Of a stretch of 64,000 nt of DNA, positions 13,281 to 21,990 are shown piece by piece. Below the pieces are notes generated by a model. It was given only the letters and a program-made list of their open reading frames with translations. It searched no databases and had not been told where the DNA came from. Numbering within the stretch: position 1 is the stretch's first letter; every line of letters begins with the position of its first letter. The position numbers and the translations under genes were made by a program. The stretch is from Candidatus Acidiferrales bacterium (GTDB lineage: Bacteria; Acidobacteriota; Terriglobia; Acidiferrales; UBA7541). The stretch lies in the NCBI GenBank assembly GCA_035545075.1, contig DASZZJ010000099.1, positions 3,881-67,880 on the forward strand, in the 5' to 3' direction.

Positions 13281-14807
13281 TCAGGGCGAAGAGACTGTTG
13301 AAGAGAAGGCCTGAGGGCCGATTCGGGCGACGCTCTTCCCCGGCGCCTTCATCTCATCGATCACGGCGAGGCGGATGTCGCGGAGTGTCGTGACGGCGCC
13401 CACTCCGCCCGCTTTTCGCGTCAGAAACTCGATGCCCTGCTCGCCGCCGGACATCAGGAAGTCCGCGATGGCGATGCGGTAGGTTTTCTTCGGATCGAGC
13501 GGCTTCCCGGCGAGGAGCCACCCGCTCCCACCCGCGCTCGCCTCGAGATTGGCGGTTTGAAGGAATCCGCCCCGGCCAAGGTTCTTGCGCCCCGCTTCCA
13601 GCACGCGGGCAAGCAAGTGGCCTTTCATTTCGACGCCCAGGATTTTCCCGCCGAACGGCAGGATTCGGATGACGTCGTACTGCGTGATGGGGCCCGGCGG
13701 AATCTCGTCGTCGATGCGGATCGAGCCCGCATTGAAGATGGCTGCGTCCGCAAGGGGCCATTCCCGGAGCATGGCCCGACCGATGAGATCGGTCAGAGCC
13801 GTGCTGCGGTTTCGAACGCTGCTTTCTCTTCCGTCGAGTGACACCGCAGATTGGGCCACGACCTGGGCGGGCTCGAACCCCGCTGCGCGGAATGCCTGAA
13901 ACGCCCGGTCGGTCCACTCCTTCACGATCTTCGCGGTCTCCGGTTCCTCCGCGATTTCGCCGGTGATCCGGCGCAGCGTGGAATCCAGATGCAATTTTCG
14001 GTTTGCGGTGTCGTAGACCAGGCGGTGGATGTACGCTGAGCGGGCATTGGCGTCGGCCTTGAAGATCGGCGTGAAATGCGTTCCCCGGTGAAGCTGCCAG
14101 TTTTCGTGTTCGTGACCGCCGAGGATCAGGTCGAGCTCGGGCACGGCGGCGGCGATTTGCTGGTCCTGTTCCAGCGAAAGATGTGTGACGGCGATCAGGA
14201 CGTCCACCTGGGGCCGTAGCTCCTTGGCCTGCTGCCGCGCGACAGCGAGAGGATCGAGGTAGGTCACCCAGGGTTGTTTCGTCGAATCAATCGTCAGACC
14301 GATCAAACCGATCCGCACGGCACCACCCTTCGGCCCGTGGGCGGAGAAGATGACGTAATCCTTGACGCGGTCAAAAAGTTTGCCATCCGCATCACGCACG
14401 TTTCCGGAAAACCACACCGCATGCGACTCCGCGAGCCGCCGACGAAACTGGTCTTCCTTGAGATCGAACTCATGATTGCCAAAAGTAGCGTAGTTCAGCC
14501 CGGCCGCGTTCAGCGCGGCGACCATCTGCGCTCCGGCGACCGGCTGGCCGTCCACGACGGCCGTTCCGAGAGCCGAAGGGCTGAAAACATCTCCCGCAAG
14601 AATGAGGAATGTGTTTGGATCCTCGCGCGCGAGTTCCTGCCGGAGCGTTGCCAGCCGGGCGATTCCGCCTTCCTTGCCGCCCTGAACGGGTGAAATCTCA
14701 TAGACGTCGTTAATCTGAAGGATTGTGACGGGAACGTTCTCGGCTGCCGGCCCACCGCAGCCGCAAAGGATTAAAAAGAGCAGACTCACCCAACTCCGTA
14801 ATTTCAC
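13281..14807 (-). CDS. 5'-nucleotidase / UDP-sugar hydrolase family lipoprotein
   Basis: Lipobox-like ILCGC; metallophosphoesterase motifs INDVY, AGD, GNHEFD, THL, GGHEH; C-terminal NAGSIR..LPFG. Confidence 0.9.
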   Translation of the reverse strand: MKLRSWVSLLFLILCGCGGPAAENVPVTILQINDVYEISPVQGGKEGGIARLATLRQELAREDPNTFLILAGDVFSPSALGTAVVDGQPVAGAQMVAALNAAGLNYATFGNHEFDLKEDQFRRRLAESHAVWFSGNVRDADGKLFDRVKDYVIFSAHGPKGGAVRIGLIGLTIDSTKQPWVTYLDPLAVARQQAKELRPQVDVLIAVTHLSLEQDQQIAAAVPELDLILGGHEHENWQLHRGTHFTPIFKADANARSAYIHRLVYDTANRKLHLDSTLRRITGEIAEEPETAKIVKEWTDRAFQAFRAAGFEPAQVVAQSAVSLDGRESSVRNRSTALTDLIGRAMLREWPLADAAIFNAGSIRIDDEIPPGPITQYDVIRILPFGGKILGVEMKGHLLARVLEAGRKNLGRGGFLQTANLEASAGGSGWLLAGKPLDPKKTYRIAIADFLMSGGEQGIEFLTRKAGGVGAVTTLRDIRLAVIDEMKAPGKSVARIGPQAFSSTVSSP

Positions 14808-15209
14808 TCTCGGTTCTCCTTCCTTTGATGGTCCGCCGTCTTCGGAAGTCCACGACATGAAATAATCCCCGTTCTGTCGCAGGGGTGGACGAGTGCGGAA
14901 CAAGTTCGCAACCGATGAGATTGTATGGACTGTTTGGGGACGCGTAAACAGGAGTTCGTGGATGTTCAGCCGGGCGGTGCGCCGAGGTGGCTACTCTTTG
15001 TGCAGAAAACGAGAGGAGGCGGGCCAGGTCTTCCCGCCTCCTCATATTCCCCTTGCGGGGAGTCCGGCTGGCCTGACGGAGGGTGGCCAGCCGGTCGTGT
15101 GTTGGCCTATTTCTATTAACCCGCAGGCTAAAAAAAGTTCCTTGCGGGAGAGAAAAAATGGCTAGAATCCACAGACGAAATAGCGGGCGGCGCCTCCGCC
15201 CAACCAAAA

Positions 15210-17780
15210 ATGAACGGCCCTAACTCCATTCAAGCGGACGATGTCTTGCATTTTCTGCAAGTTAGGGATGGGCCTGCGTCCACGAACGAAATCGCAGCCG
15301 GGTTGAAACTGGACCGTCAGAACCGCCGGACACTACACAAAATCCTCGCAAAACTGAAAAGACGCCGCGCCATTGAGGAGTTGCCGGGTGGCCGATACCG
15401 TCTGGCAGGGAGACGGGATGTTCGGCAAGCGGAATCGGGCGGCCATCCGAAAACAGCCGGGCGCGGTGCGGCCGTCCCGAAAGATCGGGACGCAGTTCGC
15501 GGGCGGCTGATCCTGCACGCGGACGGCTATGGCTTCGTGGTGCCCGATACGCCGATGCCGGAACTGGACGGCGACATCTACGTTGGACGCGACGCCATCG
15601 AGGACGCCATGCACGGCGACCGCGTCCTGGTGAAGATCACGCGCAGAAGAGGGGCAGCGGGAACGCAGCGCGGCATTCCTCTTTCCGGCGCTCTTCGCGC
15701 CGAGGGAAGAATCGTGCGCGTGGAGGGGCGTGCGCACGCATCGGTGGTCGGTCTTTTCCGTTATGGCGCGCGCGGAAACGTGGTCCTGCCCTACGACACA
15801 CGCATCCACCACGAGATCGCGATTCCCCCCGGCGAGGAATTGAGCCCGGCGCTGCGGGAAAAACTCGGGCTGACAAAGGGCCTGGACCGCGCGGCGCACG
15901 GCAGGCCGCCGGGGCGGTTGCCGCACTTGCCGGAGCTCGACGGCGCGGTGGTCAACGCCGAGATCCTGCGCTACCCGCGCGGAGGGGCGGGAGCGACAGG
16001 ACGCGTCGTCGAAATCGTCGGCCGGCCAGGCGAGATCGGCGTGGACACGGAGATTGTGATCCGCAAGCACCATTTGCCGCACGTCTTTCCCGCCGAGGTC
16101 GCCGCAGAGGCGCAACAGCGCGCTCAGCCGGTGAGCGGCGAAGAACACGCAGGCCGCGAAGATTTCCGGCATTTGCCGATCGTGACCATTGACGGCGAGA
16201 CAGCGCGTGATTTTGACGACGCGGTCTACGTCGAGCGGCGCGCGGACGGCGGATGGCGCCTGGCGGTGCACATTGCGGACGTGTCGCACTACGTGCGCGT
16301 GGGAAGCGTGCTCGATGGCGAAGCGCGGCTGCGCGGCACGAGCGTCTATTTTCCGGACCGCGCCGTGCCCATGCTGCCCGAAGAGCTTTCGAACGGGATG
16401 TGCTCGCTGAAGCCGCAGGAGGAACGGCTGGTGCTAAGCGCGCTGATGGAGTTCGACGCGGCGGGGCGAATGCAGAAATCGCGCTTCACGCCGGGCGTGA
16501 TCCGCTCCGCCGAACGCATGACCTACACCAACGTCAACAAAGTCCTCGAAGGCGACGCCGAAATGACCGCGCGTTACGCCGCCCTGGCGGAGCATTTCCG
16601 GAACATGCGCGAGCTGGCGCTGCTGCTGAACGCGCGGCGCGGCGAGCACGGCTCGATTGACTTCGACCTGCCGGAGCCGGTGATTGAATTCGACGAACAG
16701 CAGCGCATGACCGGCATTACGCGCAGCGAGCGAAACATCGCCCACCGGCTGATCGAAGAGTTCATGCTGGCGGCGAACCGCGCCGTGGCGGCGTATCTCG
16801 AACAGCGCGGCATCGCTTCCCTACATCGCGCGCACGAAAAGCCGGATGTGAAGAAGGTGCTGGAATTCGAGGAGCTGGCGAGGGCCTTCGGCTATTCGCT
16901 CGGCGTGGAAGGGCTGCACGAGCGCGTCATAGCGGTGCGGCACGGACGCACGCCCGCTCCCGGGCGGCCCGGCCAGCCGGACTCCTACGCTCACGGCCGA
17001 GAGCGGCCGATGCGCATCTCACTGCCCGGCACGGGGCCCGGCGCGGAAATCCGTATCACGCCGCGGCACTATCAACACCTCGTGGAGAAGCTCTCCGGGA
17101 AGCCGGAGGAGCGCATCCTGTCCTACCTGATGTTGCGCTCGCTGAAGCAAGCGCGCTACGCGGCGGAACCCCTGGGGCATTTCGCGCTGGGCTTCGACCA
17201 GTACACCCATTTCACGTCGCCCATCCGCAGGTATCCGGACCTGGTCGTCCATCGCATCCTGAAATGGGCGCTCGCTCATCCAGGGGCGGGCGGCGCGGCG
17301 AGCCAGCGGCCCGAAACCGCTTCCGGGGCGCCGCGCGGAGCGGAGGGGGTCCTCTACACGCGCACGCACCTGGAAGAGCTCGCCACGGAAACTTCGGAGG
17401 CGGAGCGTCGCGCGGTATCGGCCGAGCGAGAACTGCTGGACTGGAAGAGGGCGCAGTTCATGGAAGAACATCTCGGCGAGGAGTACGAAGCGCTGATTAT
17501 TTCAGTGCAGAAATACGGGTGCTTTGTCGAACTGTTCGAAGAGTTCGTCGAAGGGCTCCTGCCGATCGGGGCCCTCGAAGAGGCGGCGGGAGCGCGATGC
17601 GTGTACCGGGAGCAGGATCACGCCATCGTCGCGGTGAGCCCATTTTCGCGCACGCCTGCGGCGGCGCGGCGCAGCGCGAAGCCGGCGAGCGCGGCCTGGC
17701 GGCTGGGGGATCGCATCAGAGTCCGCGCGGAGAGAATCGATCCCATACGGCGGCGAGTGGAGTTTGCCCTTGCGGGGTGA
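15210..17780 (+). CDS. rnr: Ribonuclease R
   Basis: N-terminal HTH, cold-shock domains, RNB motif TIDGETARDFDDA, YTHFTSPIRRYPDL, C-terminal S1. Confidence 0.95.
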   Translation: MNGPNSIQADDVLHFLQVRDGPASTNEIAAGLKLDRQNRRTLHKILAKLKRRRAIEELPGGRYRLAGRRDVRQAESGGHPKTAGRGAAVPKDRDAVRGRLILHADGYGFVVPDTPMPELDGDIYVGRDAIEDAMHGDRVLVKITRRRGAAGTQRGIPLSGALRAEGRIVRVEGRAHASVVGLFRYGARGNVVLPYDTRIHHEIAIPPGEELSPALREKLGLTKGLDRAAHGRPPGRLPHLPELDGAVVNAEILRYPRGGAGATGRVVEIVGRPGEIGVDTEIVIRKHHLPHVFPAEVAAEAQQRAQPVSGEEHAGREDFRHLPIVTIDGETARDFDDAVYVERRADGGWRLAVHIADVSHYVRVGSVLDGEARLRGTSVYFPDRAVPMLPEELSNGMCSLKPQEERLVLSALMEFDAAGRMQKSRFTPGVIRSAERMTYTNVNKVLEGDAEMTARYAALAEHFRNMRELALLLNARRGEHGSIDFDLPEPVIEFDEQQRMTGITRSERNIAHRLIEEFMLAANRAVAAYLEQRGIASLHRAHEKPDVKKVLEFEELARAFGYSLGVEGLHERVIAVRHGRTPAPGRPGQPDSYAHGRERPMRISLPGTGPGAEIRITPRHYQHLVEKLSGKPEERILSYLMLRSLKQARYAAEPLGHFALGFDQYTHFTSPIRRYPDLVVHRILKWALAHPGAGGAASQRPETASGAPRGAEGVLYTRTHLEELATETSEAERRAVSAERELLDWKRAQFMEEHLGEEYEALIISVQKYGCFVELFEEFVEGLLPIGALEEAAGARCVYREQDHAIVAVSPFSRTPAAARRSAKPASAAWRLGDRIRVRAERIDPIRRRVEFALAG

Positions 17781-17804
17781 GGCGGCTGAAAAGACGGTCC
17801 GGCT

Positions 17805-18344
17805 TCAATGCACTGGAGCGCCGAAAGGACGAAGCACCGGCAAGAGGCGACGGAGCGGGTATGCAGCGCGGAACAGCATCCGCGCGCCAAGATCCCAAAT
17901 CCAGCTGTGCCGAGAGATGCCGGAAATGAGCCGTCCTAAGGCCAACTGGCGCGGTGAATCCAGATCAATGCGCTTTCCGCCCCGATAGATGCACGCGACG
18001 CGACCGAAGAGATCTTTTGCCGGCAAGAAGCCGTCGGCTTTCGGGTGAGCATCACCTTTGGCGACAAAACCGGGCGACCTTCCGCCGCGCTTCTCGATCA
18101 GGCGGTGGGCAAAGAGGCGCCCGCCCCGTTCAAAGAGGACAACGTCCCCGCAGCACGCTTCCTCCATGGCGGCAGAATGCACGAGGATCATGTCGCCGGG
18201 CCTGACCCACGGAAGCATGCTCGAGCCCTGGACGCGGATGCAGACGCAGCGGCGGCGACGAAGATCCTGGCGAATTCTCACCGTATCTCCTCGATGGCCC
18301 TCGCCAGTGAATTCCATTTCTTGCGTTTTTCGCTCCTCGTTCAC
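17805..18344 (-). CDS. S24/S26-family (signal-peptidase-like) peptidase without a membrane anchor
   Basis: VQGSSMLPWVRPGD (catalytic Ser), GDVVLF, AHRLI, AKGDA; start may be 18344 or 18317. Confidence 0.8.
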   Translation of the reverse strand: MNEERKTQEMEFTGEGHRGDTVRIRQDLRRRRCVCIRVQGSSMLPWVRPGDMILVHSAAMEEACCGDVVLFERGGRLFAHRLIEKRGGRSPGFVAKGDAHPKADGFLPAKDLFGRVACIYRGGKRIDLDSPRQLALGRLISGISRHSWIWDLGARMLFRAAYPLRRLLPVLRPFGAPVH

Positions 18345-18412
18345 AGCAGATTCGCCTCACGAACAGCCACTCGCCGAGCGGGTGAGTTCCTGACTGATTC
18401 AGGATGCAAACA

Positions 18413-18580
18413 CTAAGACTTCTTAACCCCGCCGCCGATACAGCGACCGCCTGCACCTGGGGTCTTGCCGCAGGCGAGCGCGAGGGTCTCGTAGATCGGC
18501 TCGGACTGGACGGCCGGCTTCGAGTAGGGCTTCTTCCCCGTGCCGGAATTGGGAGCCTTTGTTTCTTCGTCTGTAGGCAT
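18413..18580 (-). CDS. Putative RiPP precursor peptide, 55 aa: MPTDEETKAPNSGTGKKPYSKPAVQSEPIYETLALACGKTPGAGGRCIGGGVKKS
   Basis: Hand-translated; below the ORF-track length cutoff. GGAGG RBS 5 nt before ATG; 21 nt downstream of the rSAM stop; YxxP leader motif; Gly/Cys-rich C-terminus. Confidence 0.8.
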   Translation of the reverse strand: MPTDEETKAPNSGTGKKPYSKPAVQSEPIYETLALACGKTPGAGGRCIGGGVKKS

Positions 18581-18601
18581 TTCTTCCTCCCTGAAACTCA
18601 G

Positions 18602-19801
18602 TTAAATCGTGACCATAGCGTCTAACGGCATTTCTGCCGGAACCGGACGCCGCTCCGTACCCTGCTGGGCATGAAGCGCGCTCACAGGATTCGGCACACC
18701 GGCAATCCTTGCATTTTGTTCAGCCAGTTCGCATGCGCGTTCGTAGGCCCCGAGCAGGTCGCCCCCCTCCATAAAGGCCAAGCCGGGGCAGCGCTCGCAA
18801 TACTTGCGGATGGAGCAGGCGGAACACACCGGCAACTGGCTCTCGCGGATTGCCCGGACGCGCTCGAGGGCGGGCGCACCGGACCAAATTTCGGCGAAGC
18901 ATTCCCGGCGAAGATTCCCGGCAGATACGGGCAATTGCACGCAGGCATAGACGTCGCCGTAAGGCGAGACGTAGCAGCTATTGTGACCAGCGCTGCAGGG
19001 AAGATCGTCGTAGGCATCACTCTCGATGCCACTGGACACAGCGCTTCCCACCCCGGACGGCAGCGGAGGAGCATCCCCGGGCTGGGGCCGGCAGGAACGC
19101 AGGACGGGATCCCGGAGAATCGGCAGGAGTTGGGTCCCACTGGCGCGGTGCGCGAGGGTGCTTGCGTCGCCGTCAATCATTGGCGTGATGGTCATATCGA
19201 AAATGTAGGCGACGCCGAGCCGCTCCGCCAGAGCGAGGACCCCGCGGAAGGAAGAAAGATTTTCCGTCATCAGCGGGCAGGCGATCTTGACATGCAGGCC
19301 TTGCGCCTGCAGGAGCGGGATAGCCGCAAGCGATCGCTCGAGCGAGCCCCGGACCTTCGTGACGGCATCATGGATGGCCGGATCGTCCGAGTAGATGCTG
19401 ATTTGCACTCGGCGGACGCCGAGCTCGCGCAAGCGCGCGGCACGCTCCGCGGTGACGAGCAGGGCGTTCGTTTTCAGGCTGACATCGAAATGGAGCCGCC
19501 GCGCGGCACCGAGGATTTCAAAAAGGTCCGGGCGCAGAAAAATCTCTCCACCACTGAAGGTGAGAAAGAGCGTCCCCGCAGCGGCTAAATCTTCGAGCAC
19601 ACCGAGGATTTCCGGAGTGGTGAGCTCCCCGTAATCTCTGTGGTCGAGATAGCAATGCACGCAGCGCTCATTGCAGCGGTAGGTCAAATCGATATGGACG
19701 CTAAGCGGGCGCCGCTGCCGGACAGTGCGCGCGATCAGCCTGTCCATCATCGGCGTAGGACCCGAAGTCGAAGCGCGCGGTACTTGCGCCAAGGTGCTCA
19801 T
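18602..19801 (-). CDS. Radical SAM / SPASM-domain peptide maturase
   Basis: CNERCVHC (CxxxCxxC), FSGGEIF, SPASM cysteines CSAG..GDVYAC..CSACSIRKYCERCPG..AC; ATG overlaps the PqqD stop (ATGA). Confidence 0.92.
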   Translation of the reverse strand: MSTLAQVPRASTSGPTPMMDRLIARTVRQRRPLSVHIDLTYRCNERCVHCYLDHRDYGELTTPEILGVLEDLAAAGTLFLTFSGGEIFLRPDLFEILGAARRLHFDVSLKTNALLVTAERAARLRELGVRRVQISIYSDDPAIHDAVTKVRGSLERSLAAIPLLQAQGLHVKIACPLMTENLSSFRGVLALAERLGVAYIFDMTITPMIDGDASTLAHRASGTQLLPILRDPVLRSCRPQPGDAPPLPSGVGSAVSSGIESDAYDDLPCSAGHNSCYVSPYGDVYACVQLPVSAGNLRRECFAEIWSGAPALERVRAIRESQLPVCSACSIRKYCERCPGLAFMEGGDLLGAYERACELAEQNARIAGVPNPVSALHAQQGTERRPVPAEMPLDAMVTI

Positions 19802-20115
19802 CGATCTGCTGGTACTCCCGCCAGCCCCGCGTTCACGCCCGCCTGGAGGATCAACCGTAACGAGGCCAATTCCTGCAGAAGCGATTCCGTGTCCCGCAGC
19901 GCGGTCTCCGAAGAGACTTCGTACTCGGCAGAAAGAAGCGCGGCGATCTGAGCAGGGGTGTGCCGGCCGTCCAGAAGCTCCCAGACAAAACTTCCGGTGC
20001 CGTTCAACTCGTGCATGACGCTCTCGCCGGGCGAGATGATCACCGCCTCGCCGTCGATTTCTCGCCAGGCAAGCACGGGATTCCTCTGCCAGAGGGTGGG
20101 AGCGACGGCATTCAT
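19798..20115 (-). CDS. PqqD-family RiPP recognition element (RRE)
   Basis: REIDGEAVII..HELNGTGSFVWELLDG..IAALLSAEYEVS..DTESLLQEL; ATGA-coupled on both sides. Confidence 0.92.
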   Translation of the reverse strand: MNAVAPTLWQRNPVLAWREIDGEAVIISPGESVMHELNGTGSFVWELLDGRHTPAQIAALLSAEYEVSSETALRDTESLLQELASLRLILQAGVNAGLAGVPADR

Positions 20116-20906
20116 GCGGGTAGCGCCTCCCAGAGGCTGGCGTCGCGGCGGAATTCGAATCGGTAGCAAGGCACAGACTGCGCAAGCCTGGCAAGGAGGT
20201 CGAGGAGGCGCCGACTGGCCTCGGTGTCCTTGGAGAAAAAGAGTACGTTCGGCAGGAGCATGCGTACGGCATCGGCAGGACTCATGGGCAGGACGCGGTT
20301 GTGCGGGGCTTGCAAGAGCTGAAAAATGCCCGCGACCTTTGCGTGCACGCTCTTTCCATCGGCGTGAAATTCTCCCCAGAAAGGAGTGCCGAAAGCAGAC
20401 CACTCCGCGCTTTCCTGACGGAGGAGTGAGATTTCGTCGGTAAGAACAGTGCCTTCCGGAGCGAGGGATGCCAACGTACTCTTGCCAGCGCCCGAAGGCC
20501 CGGTAAAAACGAAGGCGCGGCCGCCGCGAACAATCGTGGCTGCATGCAGCAGGAAACCCTTTTGCGGGAGAAGGGTCCACGAGAGCAGGACGCGCAGAAG
20601 CGAATCCAGCGCGTACTCATTGCGCACACCGCTGAAGACCGCATCTTCGCGGCGGCAACGGAGTGTGGCGCCCTGCCATTTGAAGGAAAAGTCGGCCGAC
20701 GCGGACGCTGCCTCGCGGGCATCGAGAAGGCGAATGGGAAAAGCCGGGCCTTCCGCGGCCTCAAAGGCGCGATAGCGCTCCGCCGCGAGGCGGTGTAGGC
20801 CTTCGTCGGGAAAAAGGATCTGAAAACGCGTCGACCCGATGGACAAATCGAGCGACCACCCCAGTTCCCGCCCCAAAGTGGCATGCGCCGCCAAAGAATC
20901 CCTCAT
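20112..20906 (-). CDS. HPr-kinase-related P-loop protein
   Basis: GFLLHAA, Walker A GPSGAGKST, LTDE, GTPFWG; start at 20906 is inferred. Confidence 0.8.
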   Translation of the reverse strand: MRDSLAAHATLGRELGWSLDLSIGSTRFQILFPDEGLHRLAAERYRAFEAAEGPAFPIRLLDAREAASASADFSFKWQGATLRCRREDAVFSGVRNEYALDSLLRVLLSWTLLPQKGFLLHAATIVRGGRAFVFTGPSGAGKSTLASLAPEGTVLTDEISLLRQESAEWSAFGTPFWGEFHADGKSVHAKVAGIFQLLQAPHNRVLPMSPADAVRMLLPNVLFFSKDTEASRRLLDLLARLAQSVPCYRFEFRRDASLWEALPA

Positions 20907-21093
20907 TGGGCGCGAACGCTTGCAGGGACAGTGCCGCGCCGACGCCATCACGTTTCTTACAGAGAGAGAAGCTGCTCCATTTGAACTTGCCCAAGCGTCT
21001 CCCGTCAAGTCCAAAGAGGGAATGGTTCTCCAAAATGCAAAGCGCTGCGCAAGGAGGGATTTCCCCGCCGCGGCGGGCCTGTTCTTCCGCCGT

Positions 21094-21792
21094 TCAGGCG
21101 AGGTCGAAAAGGAGCACTTCGGCGTCCCGGACGCCGGTGAGCAGGATGGTTTTCTCCCCGGAGAGGGCAGCGCCGTCGCCGGCGGAAAGTTCCTGGCCGT
21201 TGAGCTTCACGCTGCCGCGCGCAACCTGGACCCAAGCGTGGCGCCCGGGCTTGCCTTCCTGCCGGACGGTTTCGCCGGCGGCAAGCAGAGTGGCGTAAAG
21301 TTCGGCGTCCTGGTGAATCGTAACCGAGCCTTCACGGCCATCGGGTGAAGCAACCAGCCGCAGCCGGCCGCGCTTCTCTGCGTCCGAAAAGGCCTTCTGC
21401 TCGTAGCCGGGAGCGAGGCCGTTGCGCTCGGGATAGATCCAGATCTGCAGCAGATGGACCGGCTCGCTCTTGGAGGCGTTGTGCTCGGAGTGCGTGACGC
21501 CCGTGCCGGCGCTCATGCGCTGCACGTCGCCCGGCCGAATCACGGAGCCGTTGCCCATGCTGTCGCGATGCCGGAGGGCTCCTTCGAGAACGTAGGTGAC
21601 GATCTCCATGTCGCGGTGCGGATGGGCCGGAAAGCCCTTGTCCGGCGAGACCACGTCCTCATTGAGGACGCGGAGCGCGCGGAACTCGACGTACTTCGGG
21701 TCGTGGTAATCGCCGAAAGAGAAAGTGTGATAGGTGTCGAGCCAGCCGTGGTCGAAATGGCCGCGCTCGCGGCTGCGGCGGATGTGCATCAT
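21094..21792 (-). CDS. Pirin-family protein (YhhW-like)
   Basis: RGHFDHGWLDTYHTFSFG, HPHRDMEIVTYVLEG, QRMSAGTGVTHSE; GGAGG RBS. Confidence 0.93.
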   Translation of the reverse strand: MMHIRRSRERGHFDHGWLDTYHTFSFGDYHDPKYVEFRALRVLNEDVVSPDKGFPAHPHRDMEIVTYVLEGALRHRDSMGNGSVIRPGDVQRMSAGTGVTHSEHNASKSEPVHLLQIWIYPERNGLAPGYEQKAFSDAEKRGRLRLVASPDGREGSVTIHQDAELYATLLAAGETVRQEGKPGRHAWVQVARGSVKLNGQELSAGDGAALSGEKTILLTGVRDAEVLLFDLA

Positions 21793-21816
21793 GGCCCACC
21801 TCCGTGGAGAAGGGGA

Positions 21817-21845
21817 ACTATACACGTTATAACGACTATTGTCAA
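21817..21845 (-). promoter_or_regulatory. Pirin promoter with a palindromic operator in the spacer
   Basis: TTGACA-17 bp-TATAGT; perfect palindrome CGTTATAACG at 21825-21834. Confidence 0.7.
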
Positions 21846-21990
21846 GAGGAATATTGGCCCGCCTCCCGACCCCGGTTTGTCCGCAGCCTGGTCTTCCCCC
21901 TCCTCGCCCCGGACACCTCCCATTTCCGCCGCGCTCCGAATGTTGTAGAGTGGAGGTGTCGGCAAGTCCCTCCGCCGCGCTGGAAGACCC

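Noticed and set aside
15051-17777. CCTTGCGGGG on both sides of rnr as a target-site duplication
   Set aside because: A 10-bp GC-rich match around a core gene; likely chance.
18130-18625. ORF-track calls 18130-18456 (-) and 18404-18625 (+)
   Set aside because: No RBS or motifs; they overlap the better-supported precursor and peptidase.
17805-20906. Interpretation as a lasso peptide or PQQ biosynthesis cluster
   Set aside because: No asparagine-synthetase-like cyclase or transglutaminase-like B2 protein, and no acidic ring residue in the core; no PqqB/PqqC and no ExxxY PqqA motif.
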